Source: Callorhinchus milii (taxonomy: Eukaryota). From it: a stretch of DNA of 64,000 nt. Numbering within the stretch: position 1 is the stretch's first letter; each line of letters opens with the position of its first letter. A program made the translations under genes and the position numbers. Under the pieces are notes generated by a model that did no database searches, was not told the DNA's origin, and saw only the letters and a list, made by a program, of their open reading frames with translations. Positions 51,181 to 63,851 of the stretch are shown one piece after another. The DNA is taken from NCBI RefSeq assembly GCF_018977255.1, contig NW_024704742.1, positions 128,900,001 through 128,964,000 of the forward strand, written 5' to 3'.

Positions 51181-54100
51181 GTAAAGAGAGAAAACATTTG
51201 AGGAGAAGTTACACCTAGGTCTAGATTTATTCTATTTACGTTGCTTTTCAGAGCATAACTCCTAAAACAACTCACTGAAAAATGGTTAAAAAATAAGCCT
51301 TATTTAAAAATCGATACACTTTTGTGTCTTGCTTCCTTAAACGCAACACATTCTTGAAAGTTAAATAGAATTCCAAGAAAGAATGAACAGAAATGACAAA
51401 CAACGTACTTGTTTCAGAAAGGACACTTGCCTGTTTGTATGATGTGTAATACATTAAAAGTTGTTAGTCGATCGGCAGATCGCTTTTCTGGAGGTAATAG
51501 TTCCTTCAATTTTTTTTAAAAAATTGGTCACTCAATCCACGACTGTTTGTGGGACACTGCTGTGTGCAATTGGCTACCGTGTTTCGCCCACAAAGTATAC
51601 AGTCAATACACTTTACAGTATATCCTGTGAAGTTCTTTGAGATGTCTTGAAGACATGAAAAGGCGCTATATCAAATGCAAGGATTATTAGTATTCTTCTT
51701 CTTAAAGATTGCATTTAAGAGTTTTGAGCTTTGCTTTTGTTGGTGAGGAGGATTTGTTTAAAGTATACACACTTAACTCTGAACCTGATAAAGGTGCAGT
51801 GCAGTGTGGCAGAACATGGCCAGGATGGGAAGCATATGCTTTATTTTGTGAAATAGACAAAAGTTCAGGTTAATTGTGATGATCTCATTTGTCAAAATAG
51901 AAGTGTCCTTGCTTTTGCTGGAGCTTGTTGCTAAGCAACGATGCATTGAAAGAAAACAGTCAGAGCTCTGAAACGGGAAGTAATAATGCATAAAAGCGAG
52001 GAAGGACCCAGGCTCCATCCCTGGTCTGTGTTGAGTTAAGTGATCTCAGCCAGAGAATCAAAAGATGTGCGTTCCTCAGTGATCTGAACAAGCCAATATT
52101 GTACTTCCACTTGAGTTTGCTATCCAGTGACAACTAGTGCATAACTTGTGTGTTTTGCCCTCTCCCTTCAAGGCCTGTCCCAAGACCCTCCTCTTCGACC
52201 ATGCCTTTGGTCACCCTTCTTCCGTCTTGCCCTCCACCCCTACTGATCCCAACCACCAGCTCAGCTGTCCATCGCCTTGGGACGTCCTCTTGAAGTGAAA
52301 GGCCCTATACAAATGTAATTTGTTGTTGCTGTTATGTGTGGGACTCTCAGAGGGCTCAATGTTTGTCTTTTTGTTGTATTTTTATAAATGTAATGTGTCC
52401 ATTTATTTTTTCCAATTATTTCCCCACTGTTGTTTGCCTCTCTGCTCCTGGTCTGGTCTCCTCTTGCTACAGTGAGGTTCCATGACACTGGTTGCCCCCA
52501 TGTATCCTGCCCAAGTTCATGTGTGAGCCTTGGCAGTGAGTAAAAGCAAGTCTCTCAACCCACCTGGGTGATACACACATGCACATCCAGTAGAGGGTGC
52601 TGTAGGGAGACCAGGAGCAGTCATTCCAGCTGGTTTTCTTCTCCCTATCCCAGTAAAGGGGCCAATTTAACCTCTCCACCCAGTTCTGACCAACACCAGC
52701 AAACTCAGCACAGACAAGCATTTGAACCAGCCCGCTTAGATATCTTGGTAATAATTGAGGAGAGAATAACAATGTTGGTGGTGGAAGAACAGATAACATT
52801 CCTGCCAGAAATGTGGAACATTCCTTGAAATGCACAGGACTTCTTCCAACTACTGAGATGCCTGCATGTAGATTAAGCCCTATAATTGTATTCCACATGT
52901 ATAGAATATCAAAGTTTTACTCAATAGCCTACTGAAGACTACACAAACAACCTAGAAATAACCTCGCTGTTTCTCTGGAGATAAATTAGGAATGCTGAAT
53001 TTTATCTGGTTCTTATTTCTCACATGTTTCTCATTTCATCTATGAGACACACAAGTGCCACGTAACTGTGATTTACAAGTTCTCTTAAGATGTTTTTTCA
53101 TGGATTGTTGCTGGAGCCGGCTTTGCCATATTCTTGTGGCTTAACCACAACTATTCTCACATTTTGACTTCTGTAGAAATCAGAGGGTTTAGGTTAATTC
53201 AGGGTCATTCAGATCAGTGGCACCTCAAATCCAACAAGAATAATTCAGTTTGCTTGACATGGATTGAAAGACGCATTTGTGACTTTTCTTTTTGAACTTG
53301 TGATAAATTGGCCCCCAGACAGATTGGTTTGCCTGAAGCTTACCCAGCCTCTGTGGAAACCCTTCAAAGGGTCCCTCATGAAAATGTTTCACATTCTTTT
53401 TCTATGAACGACTCATAATTGTGGTGCTTGTGCTTTCTTACTGTTTTGGTCAGATCTTGTGCGTACGTGCTCCACATTTTAATTCCTTGCGCACTGAAGC
53501 TGAAAGAAATGCTTTGCTCTAAGCTTACACTATTGCCAACATTGACAAGGTGATGCAAATGATGTAATTGAAAAATGTTTCACTCCTGATGTAAAATATA
53601 CCTATTTCTGAGTTGTTTTCAGAACTAGGCAGGCTCTAACAAAGCAAAAGTTAACTTCCACATCTGTCTGTCTGTTGTTACTATTCTGATTGGGTCTTCT
53701 TGTAGACAACTATACCAAATCGCTCTGACCTTCTTTCTAAGCTTTGATGTAGAATCATAGAATTTTTACAGCACAGAAAGAAGTAATTTGGCCCATCATA
53801 CCTCTCCCAGCTCTCTGAAAAGCTATTAATTTATAATAATAACACTGTTTACATTTGGTTTAGCATTTTCACATCAATATGACCTCTCAAAGTGCTTCAC
53901 AGGATATACTGTAAAGTGTAAGTGACTGTGTTTTGTGGGTGAATGCAGCAGACAATTTGTTTCTAGCAATGTCCCTCAAACAGCCATGAGGTCAATGACA
54001 AATTTTATTTGGGGGACGTTGAGAGAAACCATAGCCTCACTACCTGCCCTTTTGAATATATTTTTGAATATTTGCCTATTTCTCTTTTACTGTCTATTAA

Positions 54101-55097
54101 GGATTCTGGTTCAACTATTGTTTTCCATAAGCATTTCCCCAGATCCTTATAAAGCTCTGTGTGAAACAAAATCCCACTATCTCTAAGTTTATTTTTAATA
54201 TGATGATCTCCATCCTTCAGATAAACCAAGGTCCAGTTTGCCTGTTCAGTTTGCACATTTCGATCTCATGACACTGTTTCAAAAAGAGAAGGAAGTTTAC
54301 TCCAGTGCCTTGGCAAATAATCCTCCAACTAAAATTGTTCATTCACTTCATGGCTGTTTATGGTACATTCCATAAATTATCTGCCAGTGTCCAACTACAC
54401 ATACACAGTTACTGCAATTCATAATAAATCCTGTGAAGTTCTTTGAGATTTTTGATGACTTGACATATATATATCAAAAGGAAGGATTTTATTGTTTTTT
54501 AAGATGTTTATTCAATTCTCCTCATGATGCTTTAGAACCAGGAATGAGAAAGTGACAGGAGGCTGAGTGTAATGTTCCTTCCAGATGTTTTCCCTTGTTG
54601 GACTTGACACACTGTGCTGTAGGCTGTTACCCTGAGCTTGCAGCTTGTTGCTCCTACCAGCCACCCAAAAGCTTTGTGACCGATCTCAATGCAATTATTG
54701 CAGACAATCTGTTTCCTGACAATCTTGCCCTGCACTTCAGTTCTAAACTTCACCTGAGTGGTTTCCTCAGGTCTCAGAGGCCTTGGTCTAGATGACCCAC
54801 TGGCCCCATCCCTGCAAGCCTATCAACCTCTGGTTGACATTCAGTGTGGTGCTCAGCTAAGTCACATCATTTGAGAGAGAGAATGCCTGCTTGTCATCCA
54901 ACCAAATCCTCACAACCTCTAGTACAAGCACTTAATAATTGCTCTTGAATAATTATTCCATTAAGCTTCTTCTGTGAGTACCTGAAGACCATTGATCCAA
55001 AGGAAATACTATTATTTGCTTCCACATTTTTCTCTCGGAAAATTCTTCCCAGAGAATTTCTTAAGGCAGTGAGTATTCCCCAATGTGACTTTGGAAT

Positions 55098-55540
55098 CAA
55101 CAACAACTTGGATTTATATAGCGCCCTCCATGCCGGACAGCGTCTCAGAGCGCTTTACAGTTTCGGATCCCGGGGCTGAGCCAGGGGGAAGGGGGGGAAG
55201 GTGACCAAAGGCGCGGTCGAAAAGAAAGGTCTTCAGCAGAGACCTGAACATGGGAAGGGAGGGAGCGAGACGAAGGGAGTGAGGAAGGCTGTTCCAGAGC
55301 CTCGGGACATAGTGGCTGAAGGCACGGCCGCCGAGGGTGGAGCGGAGGACTCAGGGGTCAAGGAGGAGGCCAGACCCGGAGGAACGAAGGCAACAGGTGC
55401 AGTTTTGAGTAGAGAGGAGGTCAGAGAGGTAGGGGGGTGCAGAGGAGTGCAGGGACTTGAATACGAGGATGAGGATCTTGAAGTCGATCCTCTCTGGGAT
55501 AGGCAGCCAGTGCAATCTAGCAAGGAGTGGGGTGATCTGG
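55098..55540 (-). mobile_element. L2 LINE 3' fragment, second tail type
   Basis: ITPLLARLHWLPIPERIDFKILILVFKSLHSSAPPYLSDLL (ORF 55351..55584); tail aagcgctctgagacgctgtccggcatggagggcgctatat. Confidence 0.88.
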
Positions 55541-56634
55541 GAATCAAACTGAAACAGCATTCTCAACCAGCCCAAACTGTCCATCTCATCCTTGTTAATT
55601 AACAGGTATGACTAGAGAATGTAAATATACTATAGCTAGGGGTAAAACTAATAGGATGTGTTGGAGGAACTTATTCATACAGAGAATGGTGGATATCCAT
55701 CTGTAGGTGGGATGAACGGAACTCTCAATCTGGTTTGAATACTCTTAAGTATGGTGATGGGTCCCTCATATATCAGACACCTTGCTGAACAAAAGAAAAT
55801 GGTGAGATTGTGGAATTCACTGCACAAACTGTGGTTGAAACAAATAGCATCAATGTATTTAGGAGAAAACTTGATGTAACCATGAAGGAGTAGGAAGTGA
55901 AGTGGTATTTTCTTCGCCGTATCAATCTATGTAACCTTATGTAATACTATCAACGACCTTCCCATAGCTATTGGTACTCATCTTCGTGCCCATACTCCTC
56001 AAGCCCAGCCATTTCATTCCGTAAATCTTTTTGAGATACATGTCTATGCTATCCCTTTCATTATAATTTCGGATCATGCGCATATTCACAATCACATCTC
56101 GAGCAGTACCCGGAGTCGAAGCTGAGGCAAAATTTACCAAACCTGCAACATGCAATTGGACAATTCAAAATCACGTTGCTGTTCTTTCCATCTTTCCTCC
56201 ACTGTCCATTGTCTTTCTTTGTCATCTTTGTCATCTTTCTTCTGCTGGACGTTTTCAATTTAAAGAACTCATTAAACCAGGTTTTGTCTGCCTGTTCAGA
56301 TGGACATTAAAGATCCTGTGGCACTATTCAAAAAGACAAGTGAGTTTTCTCCCTGTGGCTTGGCCAACAATCCCCCAGATAAAATTGGTCATTCACTTGT
56401 GGCTGTTTGTAGGACATTGCTGTGCGCAAATTGGTTGCCACAGTGTTCAACCACAAATATACAGTCACTACACTCCACAGTAATTGCTGTGAAGTGCTTT
56501 GAGATGCCTTGATACAGTGATAAAATGCTATATCAAATGCAAGGATTATTATTATTAAACCAACCCAGAATTTCACCGAATACTGCATTCGACTTTCCAT
56601 AGGGGAAAGTAAACATTGATTAACTTGAAAATGG

Positions 56635-56648
56635 CCAGCAGATGGCAG
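56635..56648 (+). promoter_or_regulatory. CTCF-like motif
   Basis: tggCCAGCAGATGGCAG closely fits the CTCF consensus. Motif match only. Confidence 0.45.
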
Positions 56649-56859
56649 ACTGTGTCTGAGAAAAAAAAGGACCCCGTGCCTCAAAGAAGAAAATAACAAG
56701 TTTAAGATTTTTCAAAATAACCTTCAATCGGGAATTCTCATGATTAGTTGTAAAATAAGCAGAGCATTTGAATACATTTGGGTATTATATAAAAAACACA
56801 TCAAAATAGCTTGAAAGGGTTTGAAATAGTGAACTAATTTATCTTGCTTATATAATTCT

Positions 56860-57040
56860 AAATCATAGAATCATAGAATTATACAGCCCGTCGTGTCTGT
56901 GCCGGCTCTTTGAAAAGAGCTATTCCAATTCAATCCCACTCCCCCGCTATCTCCCCATAGCACTGCAAACTTGTCCTGCCCAAATAATTATCTACTCTCT
57001 TAAAAGTTGTTATTGAATCGGCTTCCACCACCCTTTCAGG
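56860..57040 (-). mobile_element. CR1 LINE 3' end
   Basis: Plus strand begins with the octamer repeat aatcatagaatcatagaa typical of CR1 3' tails; interrupted by the SINE at 57042. Confidence 0.7.
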
Positions 57041-57041
57041 C

Positions 57042-57376
57042 AATAATAATAATAATAATAATAATAATCCTTGCATTTGATATAGCGCTTTTCACGTCGG
57101 AAGGACGTCCCAAAGCGCTTCACAGAATACACTGTAAAGTGAATTGACTGTAAATTTGTGGGCGAACGCGGCAGCCAATTGCGCACAGCAATGTCCCACA
57201 AACAGTCGTAGATTGAAAATGCCAATTTTATTATTGTTTTTGGTTTTGGAGGGATTATTATTAGGCTCTGTGTGGAGTAAGGAAACTTGCCCAAGGTTTC
57301 GCCCTCTGCCTGGAATTGAACTCAGGTCTCTCGCTTGCAAAGCGAGTGCTCTAACCACTGAGCTACAGGACTCCAC
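57042..57376 (-). mobile_element. Young tRNA(Ala-like) SINE, full length
   Basis: Complete copy inserted into the CR1 remnant. Confidence 0.92.
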
Positions 57377-60300
57377 AATGCATTCCAGATTCGAATTAAG
57401 ATGTTTCTTAAATAATCTTTCAAATGTGATGTTAAATCAGGGTCCCTTCTGCCTGTTCAGATGGATGTTAAGGATCCCCCAGCCCTATTCAAAAAGAGAA
57501 CAGAGTTTCTCCCAATGGTCTGGCTACTAAAAAAGTGGTCATTGACTTTTTGGGTACATGTGCAAATTGACGGCTGCATTCCCCCACAAAATAAACAGTC
57601 ATTACACTTCATATTAAATCCTGTGAAGAACTTTGAGAGGTTCTCCTGATGTGAAAACCCAAACGCTATGTCAAATGAAAACATTTAATTCAGAGATACA
57701 GGAACCAGACCTAATTATTTCTTACACTATGATACTGGAGTTTGATGCTACTAAATTGCAATATAATGATGGGGTTTGGCTGTTCAAATTGGAACTTTGA
57801 CATATAATATACGCTCACTCTTCCTGGCAAGAAGCAGAACTTACATTGCATTACACTATACAGTTAATCCTATTGTTTTATTTAATATGGAAGCGATATT
57901 ACATTAGTTAATTGGAAATCGTGGCCTGAGTTGGACATGTTCCCTGATGTTGCAAATTAATAACCAAATCATTGCTAATGTCTGTGCAAAATCGGTCACT
58001 GTTTTAACACATAAATGCAAATAAAGTATTATAAATGATCTACGGGCACAGATCTTCGCAAAGCAGTGCTGTAAAGATAACTACTATATCAACCCTTACC
58101 TGATACAGTTACTGTATGTATAATTCCATGCCTTTAATTCACACTTGTTTAAAGAGTGTAACAAACTGTTTTGCGATAAGCGATTTGATTCACTGCTTCA
58201 ACAAGTGTGGCAGCTTTTTGATCAGGTTTGATTGATCGCAGTTGTAGCTGACATATTTTCTGCAGTCTCAAACCATCACAGATTTTTCTGTCTCTCTTTC
58301 TCTCTCTCCTGTTGTTCGCATTCAAGCACTTTCATAGCTTACTGCCATCAGTCACCAGAGAACCGAGTGAGATACAGTGTGTGACCCATGCAATTCTTTT
58401 ATAACACATTTCAGGACTGTTTCAAGCTGAACGTTTCTATATATTTTATTTTAAAAATTCGCCGACTCTGTACTTATAATTTTTTTTATCTTAAAAAAAT
58501 TGTTTCACACGAATTGAAAACTCTAGTAATTATGCCTTTTTTTTCCATATGGAGGGGTTGGTTTGGGTTGTGTGTGTGTAAGAGTGAGGGAGGAAAATGA
58601 ATGCTGCAAGGAAATGAAAAACAATTGTGTGGGGCAGAGATTATACTGAATGTTTTATTATATAAATAATAAATTATATATTTTTCCTTTTTTATTCTTC
58701 TTTGATTTCACTCACTGAAATAATTCGTATTTATTAAATAAAATCTTTAGTATTTATTAAAGAAAAAGTTTAATAAAAATAGTTTAATTCTAAGCCAGTT
58801 TATTTAAATACATTTGTCACATCAGTTAAGGTCACAGAGAAGGAAGTAATGAATCTATTACAGATTGAGATTACCCATAGTGACTGTATCTAATCTTTGT
58901 TGTCCTGTTCCAGATGTTTGGGTTTTACGATGATCATGCTATTCATTTTTTCCATTCCTGTTGGACAGGTGGACTGTTCCTGTCCATTGCTTTTAAAGGG
59001 ATCAAAGCAGAATCATGCTGATCTTTAAAGAATGTAAACAGGTGCCATTCTGCAAGCCCCAAGTTTCCAATCCATTAACAGTAATAGGCAGGCTTTTGTC
59101 CATCTTAAATCTATATATAAGTTTGCTAAAAGGGCAGGGTAGGAGCCTTCAGAAATTCAGTCTACTAACTGACCATCTGGTGTCCTGCCAAAAATAGTCT
59201 GTTGAGGCATTTTTGTCTCCTAAGGTTAGTGCATCGATATTGGGGAGGGGGAGGGGTAAAGTTCTATGCCTTTGAAATGATAATAAAATAATGATTTTTG
59301 CATTTGATACAGCGCCTTTCACGTCTAAAGGACATCTCAAAGCGCTACACACCTTTCACCTTGAAATGGAGTGACTGTGTAGTTTTTTTAGGCGGAAATG
59401 CCAACTGAGCTGGTTTGTTTGATGCTGTGTGACTGTTGTGCTTTTTTCCTCTTCTTTGATTTCACTCACTGGAAACACCAAAGGCTTAAAACAAGGCTGA
59501 ACTTATTAAGGTGATCATTAAACACAGCCTCTAATCTGTAGAAAGGCTGCATTCTGTATATAAAACACACAGGGGATTGGTCTGCCAGTATCGGGGAGAG
59601 GGGAAGATCGATCTTAAATCCCACTTCCAGGTGGTTAGGAAATCCTTAACATTGTTACACAAGTATATTTTATGCTAATTACATTTATTATGCATTTTAT
59701 TGTGAGTTCTCCCCTCCCTTCCAAAAAAAAAGTTATTTTTTTAAAAATACAGTTGGAATGGATTCCAGAAACATCAGACCTTCAATCTACCTGCATTTAC
59801 CCAACTATACAAAGATAGACCCCCGAACTAACAAAGTGAGTCAATCAAATCAGCTAAACATTTCAAAAGTGTTTTTTGGGCGGAGTGTATCCAAGATTTC
59901 TGCTCACAGAATACACAATTTACTGTGCGGTATGTTCTGTGAAGCGCTTTGAGACGTCTCAACGACATAATAATACGAAAGGAAAGAAAAAAAGAAAGAA
60001 AGAAACACAATGCCACGATTAGGAGGCATCGTGGGTGGGTGGGTGGGTGGGTGGGGGGGGCAGAGGGGGAAAAAAAAGCACACACGATGCCTCCTAATAT
60101 TGTTGGGAATATTTGTATTTGGTGAACGCCATGGGGTGCAGAGGCTGAACACAGTGAGTGTGAGAGCTGTGTCTGGTAGATGGCGCTTTAAGCCCTGGGT
60201 TTGGTGGGTGGTGGGAGGGTGGAGGGGGGGGTGTAAAAACACACACACACACACACACACGAGCGGCTGCCCTGACGCTGACGTGCTGCACTGGAGCAGA

Positions 60301-60439
60301 GGGAGGGGAGGACTATGGTAATAGTCAGTCAGGTGGGGTGGGTTTTTTTTTCGAGAGGATCGATGTGGTTTGGAGAGAGGGAGAGACAGACACAGGGGAA
60401 AGATGAATAGTCCGAGAGTCTGTCCACATCTCCTCCAGA

Positions 60440-60459
60440 CAGAGACTCGCCGACCATAG

Positions 60460-60495
<36 letters not shown>

Positions 60496-60803
60496 CAGGA
60501 TGAAGTGCGACTGAACCTCCAACCACTCCAATATTATGGAGGGAAAGACACGAGGGGGTCGTGTGTGCTGAGGGACAGCAATCCCGTAAGGCTGGTGGGT
60601 GGGGGGTGGTGACTGGTGGGTGGGGGGTGAGGGAAGAGGAAAAAAAAAGCAAAACAACAAAAAAACAGGGTTTTTTTTTATTGGGGGGGAGAGGGGTCGG
60701 AAAGAAGAAGAAGAAGGAGAAGAAGAAGAAGAAGAAGAAGGAGGAGGAGAAGAAGAAGGAGGAGGAGGAGGAGAAGAAGAAGAAGAAGAAAGTAAAAGAA
60801 GAG

Positions 60804-60835
<32 letters not shown>

Positions 60836-61215
60836 GAAAGAGAAAAAAAGAAAGAAAAAAACAGCCGAAAGGAGAGAGAGAAAGAAAAAAAAGAAAGAAA
60901 AAAAGAAAAGAAGGGGAAAAAAGAAAAGAAAAAAAAACAGAACATCATTTCCTTCAACTCAATTCCTCACTACTTTTGAGAGGGGGTCAATAGATAAGAA
61001 GCTCTTATATATCATTATAGTTTTTTTTTCCCCTTAGTTTGCAACCTTGATATCTTTCCTCTCTTTTTTCCCCCTTTTTTCCCCCCTCTCTCTCTTTATC
61101 ACTGCCCCCCCCCCCCCCCCCCCCCTCTCTCTCTCTCTCTCTCACTTTACCACTCTCTCCCTCTCAGTCTCTCACTTTACCACTCTCTCCCCCTCTCCCT
61201 CTCTCCCTCTCCTAT
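60440..61215. repeat. (GACA)n, (GAA/GGA)n, (GA)n and polypyrimidine tracts upstream of the NPR2 ATG
   Basis: Visible directly; a near-pure purine strand runs over about 60700-60940. Confidence 0.9.
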
Positions 61216-61237
61216 CCCTCTGGTCCTGGGGTTTTCC

Positions 61238-61249
61238 ATGCAACCATGA
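61238..61249 (+). promoter_or_regulatory. Three-codon upstream ORF (MQP*) overlapping the NPR2 start codon
   Basis: ATG CAA CCA TGA; the stop shares bases with the main ATG at 61246. Confidence 0.6.
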
Positions 61250-61990
61250 AGCTGACCTGCCCCCGGAGTTCCTTCCCCTCCCTCCTCCTCCTCCTGCTCC
61301 TGCTCCTGCGCTCCTCTCTGGGCAGCCCGGGGGGGCGATGGCGGGGGTCGGGGTCCGGGAACACCAGCGTCAACATCGCCATCGTCCTGCCTCACAACAA
61401 CACCGAGTACGCCTGGGCTTGGCCGAGGGTCGGACCGGCCATCCGACTGGCCATCGAGAAGATCAACGGCGACCGGAGCCTCCTGAGGGACCACCACCTG
61501 ACCTACAAGTTCATGAGCAGCGAGCAGGACGGCAAGTGCGCCGATTTCCTGGCGCCCATCCACGCCGTGGACCTGAAGCTGGAGTACGACCCCGACGTGT
61601 TCGTGGGTCCCGGCTGCATCTACACCACCGCCCCCGTGGCCCGTCTCGCCACCCACTGGAAGGTGCCCCTGGTCACGGCCGGGGCTTCGGCTTACGGCTT
61701 CTCCAACAAGACGGGAGAGTTCAACACCACCATTAGGACCGGACCCGCTTATCCCAAACTGGGCGAGTTCATCAGCCACCTCCACTGGACCTTCAACTGG
61801 ACTTCCAGGGCCGCCCTGATCTACCTGGACATCAAGAGGGACGACCGCCCTTTCTTCTTCATGACCGAGGGCATCTACACGTCCCTGGAGTACGAGTTCC
61901 CCAACATCACGGTGTTCAGCAACACCGAGGAGCAGTTGGACCACACCGAGATCCTGGCCATCGTGCACTTCATCAAACAGCACAGCCGGA
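61246..61990 (+). CDS. NPR2: NPR2/GC-B-type guanylyl cyclase receptor, coding exon 1
   Basis: ORF 61246..62040 has a Leu-rich signal peptide, YAWAWPRVGPA, AVDLKL, GPGC, PKLGEF and FNWTSRAALIYLD..DDRP. It lacks the Cys of the NPR1-type HC/PCYF motif and is closer to recalled NPR2 (FNWTARAALLYLD..DDRP) than to NPR1. Kozak accATG; donor CGG A|gtgagt; 745 bp, phase 1. Confidence 0.88.
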
Positions 61991-62487
61991 GTGAGTGTGT
62001 GTGGGAGAGAGAGCGCCCATCGGCGCCTCTCCGGGAATAAAGGGCCTTGGAGGGAGGGAGAGAGAGTGATGGGGGGGGGGTTGGGGGAGAGAGAGAGACA
62101 AAAAAGGGTTTCTTATCTTTTTTTTTAGGAGGCAACTCGTTGAGAAATTATTTTGCTACATACGCACCTTATTCGCTGCAGATCAGAGCTGGGGAGGGGG
62201 TGGGGTGGTGGGGGGAGTGGGGGGTTGTGTATGTGTTGGGGTTGGTGAGGGGGGGGGTTGTGTATGTGTTGGGGTTGGTGGGGGGGGGGGGGGGTGGGGG
62301 GCTGTTAGTTAAATTATCTCACGTTTTGCTTTCTTTTTCTGTGTGTGGTTTTCAAGTCGTTGATTGTTTTATTCAGTTCCCGTTCAAAATGTACTTTTAA
62401 ACCCAGCGGAAAAAAACCATCTCTTTCGTTACAACTATCTGTTGAACTGTGGCCCATATATACATCATTCAGACCCAAAGAGAGAGG

Positions 62488-62522
<35 letters not shown>

Positions 62523-63851
62523 AATGACTGATATAAATTTTAGGTCGAAGTCTTGGAGATTGATTGGGGGGGAAATTACTGAAACCTTTGCACTTTTGAT
62601 TCTGAACCCGTTTTTTTTTGGTGTGTGGTAAAAAAAAAAGATAAAACCAGGCACTGCGCTACACGCACCAAATACGAAACCCAGAACTACAACGCACGGT
62701 TTGGAAAAGTCGTGTGTAACTTATTCTCTTAAGTCTTAACACTCTGGCATTGCAAACTGGCGAGGAAGTTAGTTAATGAGTGTCGTCTTGAAAATTCCCT
62801 GTCGGATCTTGACACCACGTTTAACTGCTTTGGCGGTGTCAGCGCTAAATGAAGCTCCAATGAGAGAAATTAACAAAGAAATCGGAGCTCAATGCGCATG
62901 GGTTAAGACCCAGACTTTGCGTATATTATATCGCAAGAGATACGCCTGGTTGCAGAGTACATTAATTCCCCTTAACTTCTACACAATGACTTATCATTTC
63001 CTTGAGCTGATTTTGCAACTTGACATTTATTTCCAAGTCGTTGAACCAAAACGTTTTACTACTACTGGTTTTATTCCTTTTTTTATATATATTTTTTATT
63101 TTTAAAAAGGGGGGAAAAACAAGGGGACTTCCTGACTTCACGACGCTTTAGGAAACTTGTAGCACTTTCCTGGGGCAAACCGGGAAAAAAAAGAGCAAAT
63201 GAACAGTCACTGCACTTTGACACCAATTGTTCGAGAAGCCCTTTGAGACCTTTCGATGTTTCAGGCGCTGATTTAATTAAACGCAAGAATTAATATAGTT
63301 CATGTAATAAGCAATGCATCACCTGAATCTGGGTAACAAAGTGACAGTCAGTCAGCCCCTAAATGACTATTCGATGCGCAATAATAATAATAATAATCCT
63401 TGCATTTGTTATAGTGCCTTATCTCGTTTTGAGACTTCTCAAAGCGTTTCACATAATTTACTGTAAAGTATTAGTGACTGTATATTTTGTGGGCGAATAT
63501 ATCCTTGCATTTGACATGGTACTTTTATTGTATACCTGTTTGGCACAAACGGTTTAATATTTGTAGTTAAAAGGGTTTGATTTTATTTGTTTTAAAAATA
63601 ATAATTCAAAATTCAACCCTTTTATCTAAAGAGTGGATTTGCTCTATGTTTGAGAGAAAGAAATAGTCACCTTTTGGGTAAGAGTCAAGTGGGGAAGTGT
63701 GTGTGTTTGTGTGTGGGGGGGGTGGGGGGGTGGAGACGGGACGTAGAAAAGCATATTAATCTGAATTAAAGGTGTTGATTTCTGTACGAAGTGGCTTTTA
63801 ATTTATCAAAATGTCTCTCCCTTCCCTCCTCTCCTCCCCCACCACCCCCAG

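Noticed and set aside
58100..58603. Possible minus-strand exon (acceptor about 58604, donors about 58342 and 58099)
   Set aside because: Splice-like motifs only; AT-rich with no coding signal, so too weak to call.
60325..61037. Long Ser/Phe/Lys/Glu-rich ORFs
   Set aside because: Translations of microsatellite and polypurine tracts.
61177..61983. 268-aa antisense ORF and the 229-aa alternative-frame ORF 61047..61736
   Set aside because: Shadows of the GC3-rich NPR2 exon 1 and a low-complexity leader; no recognisable domain.
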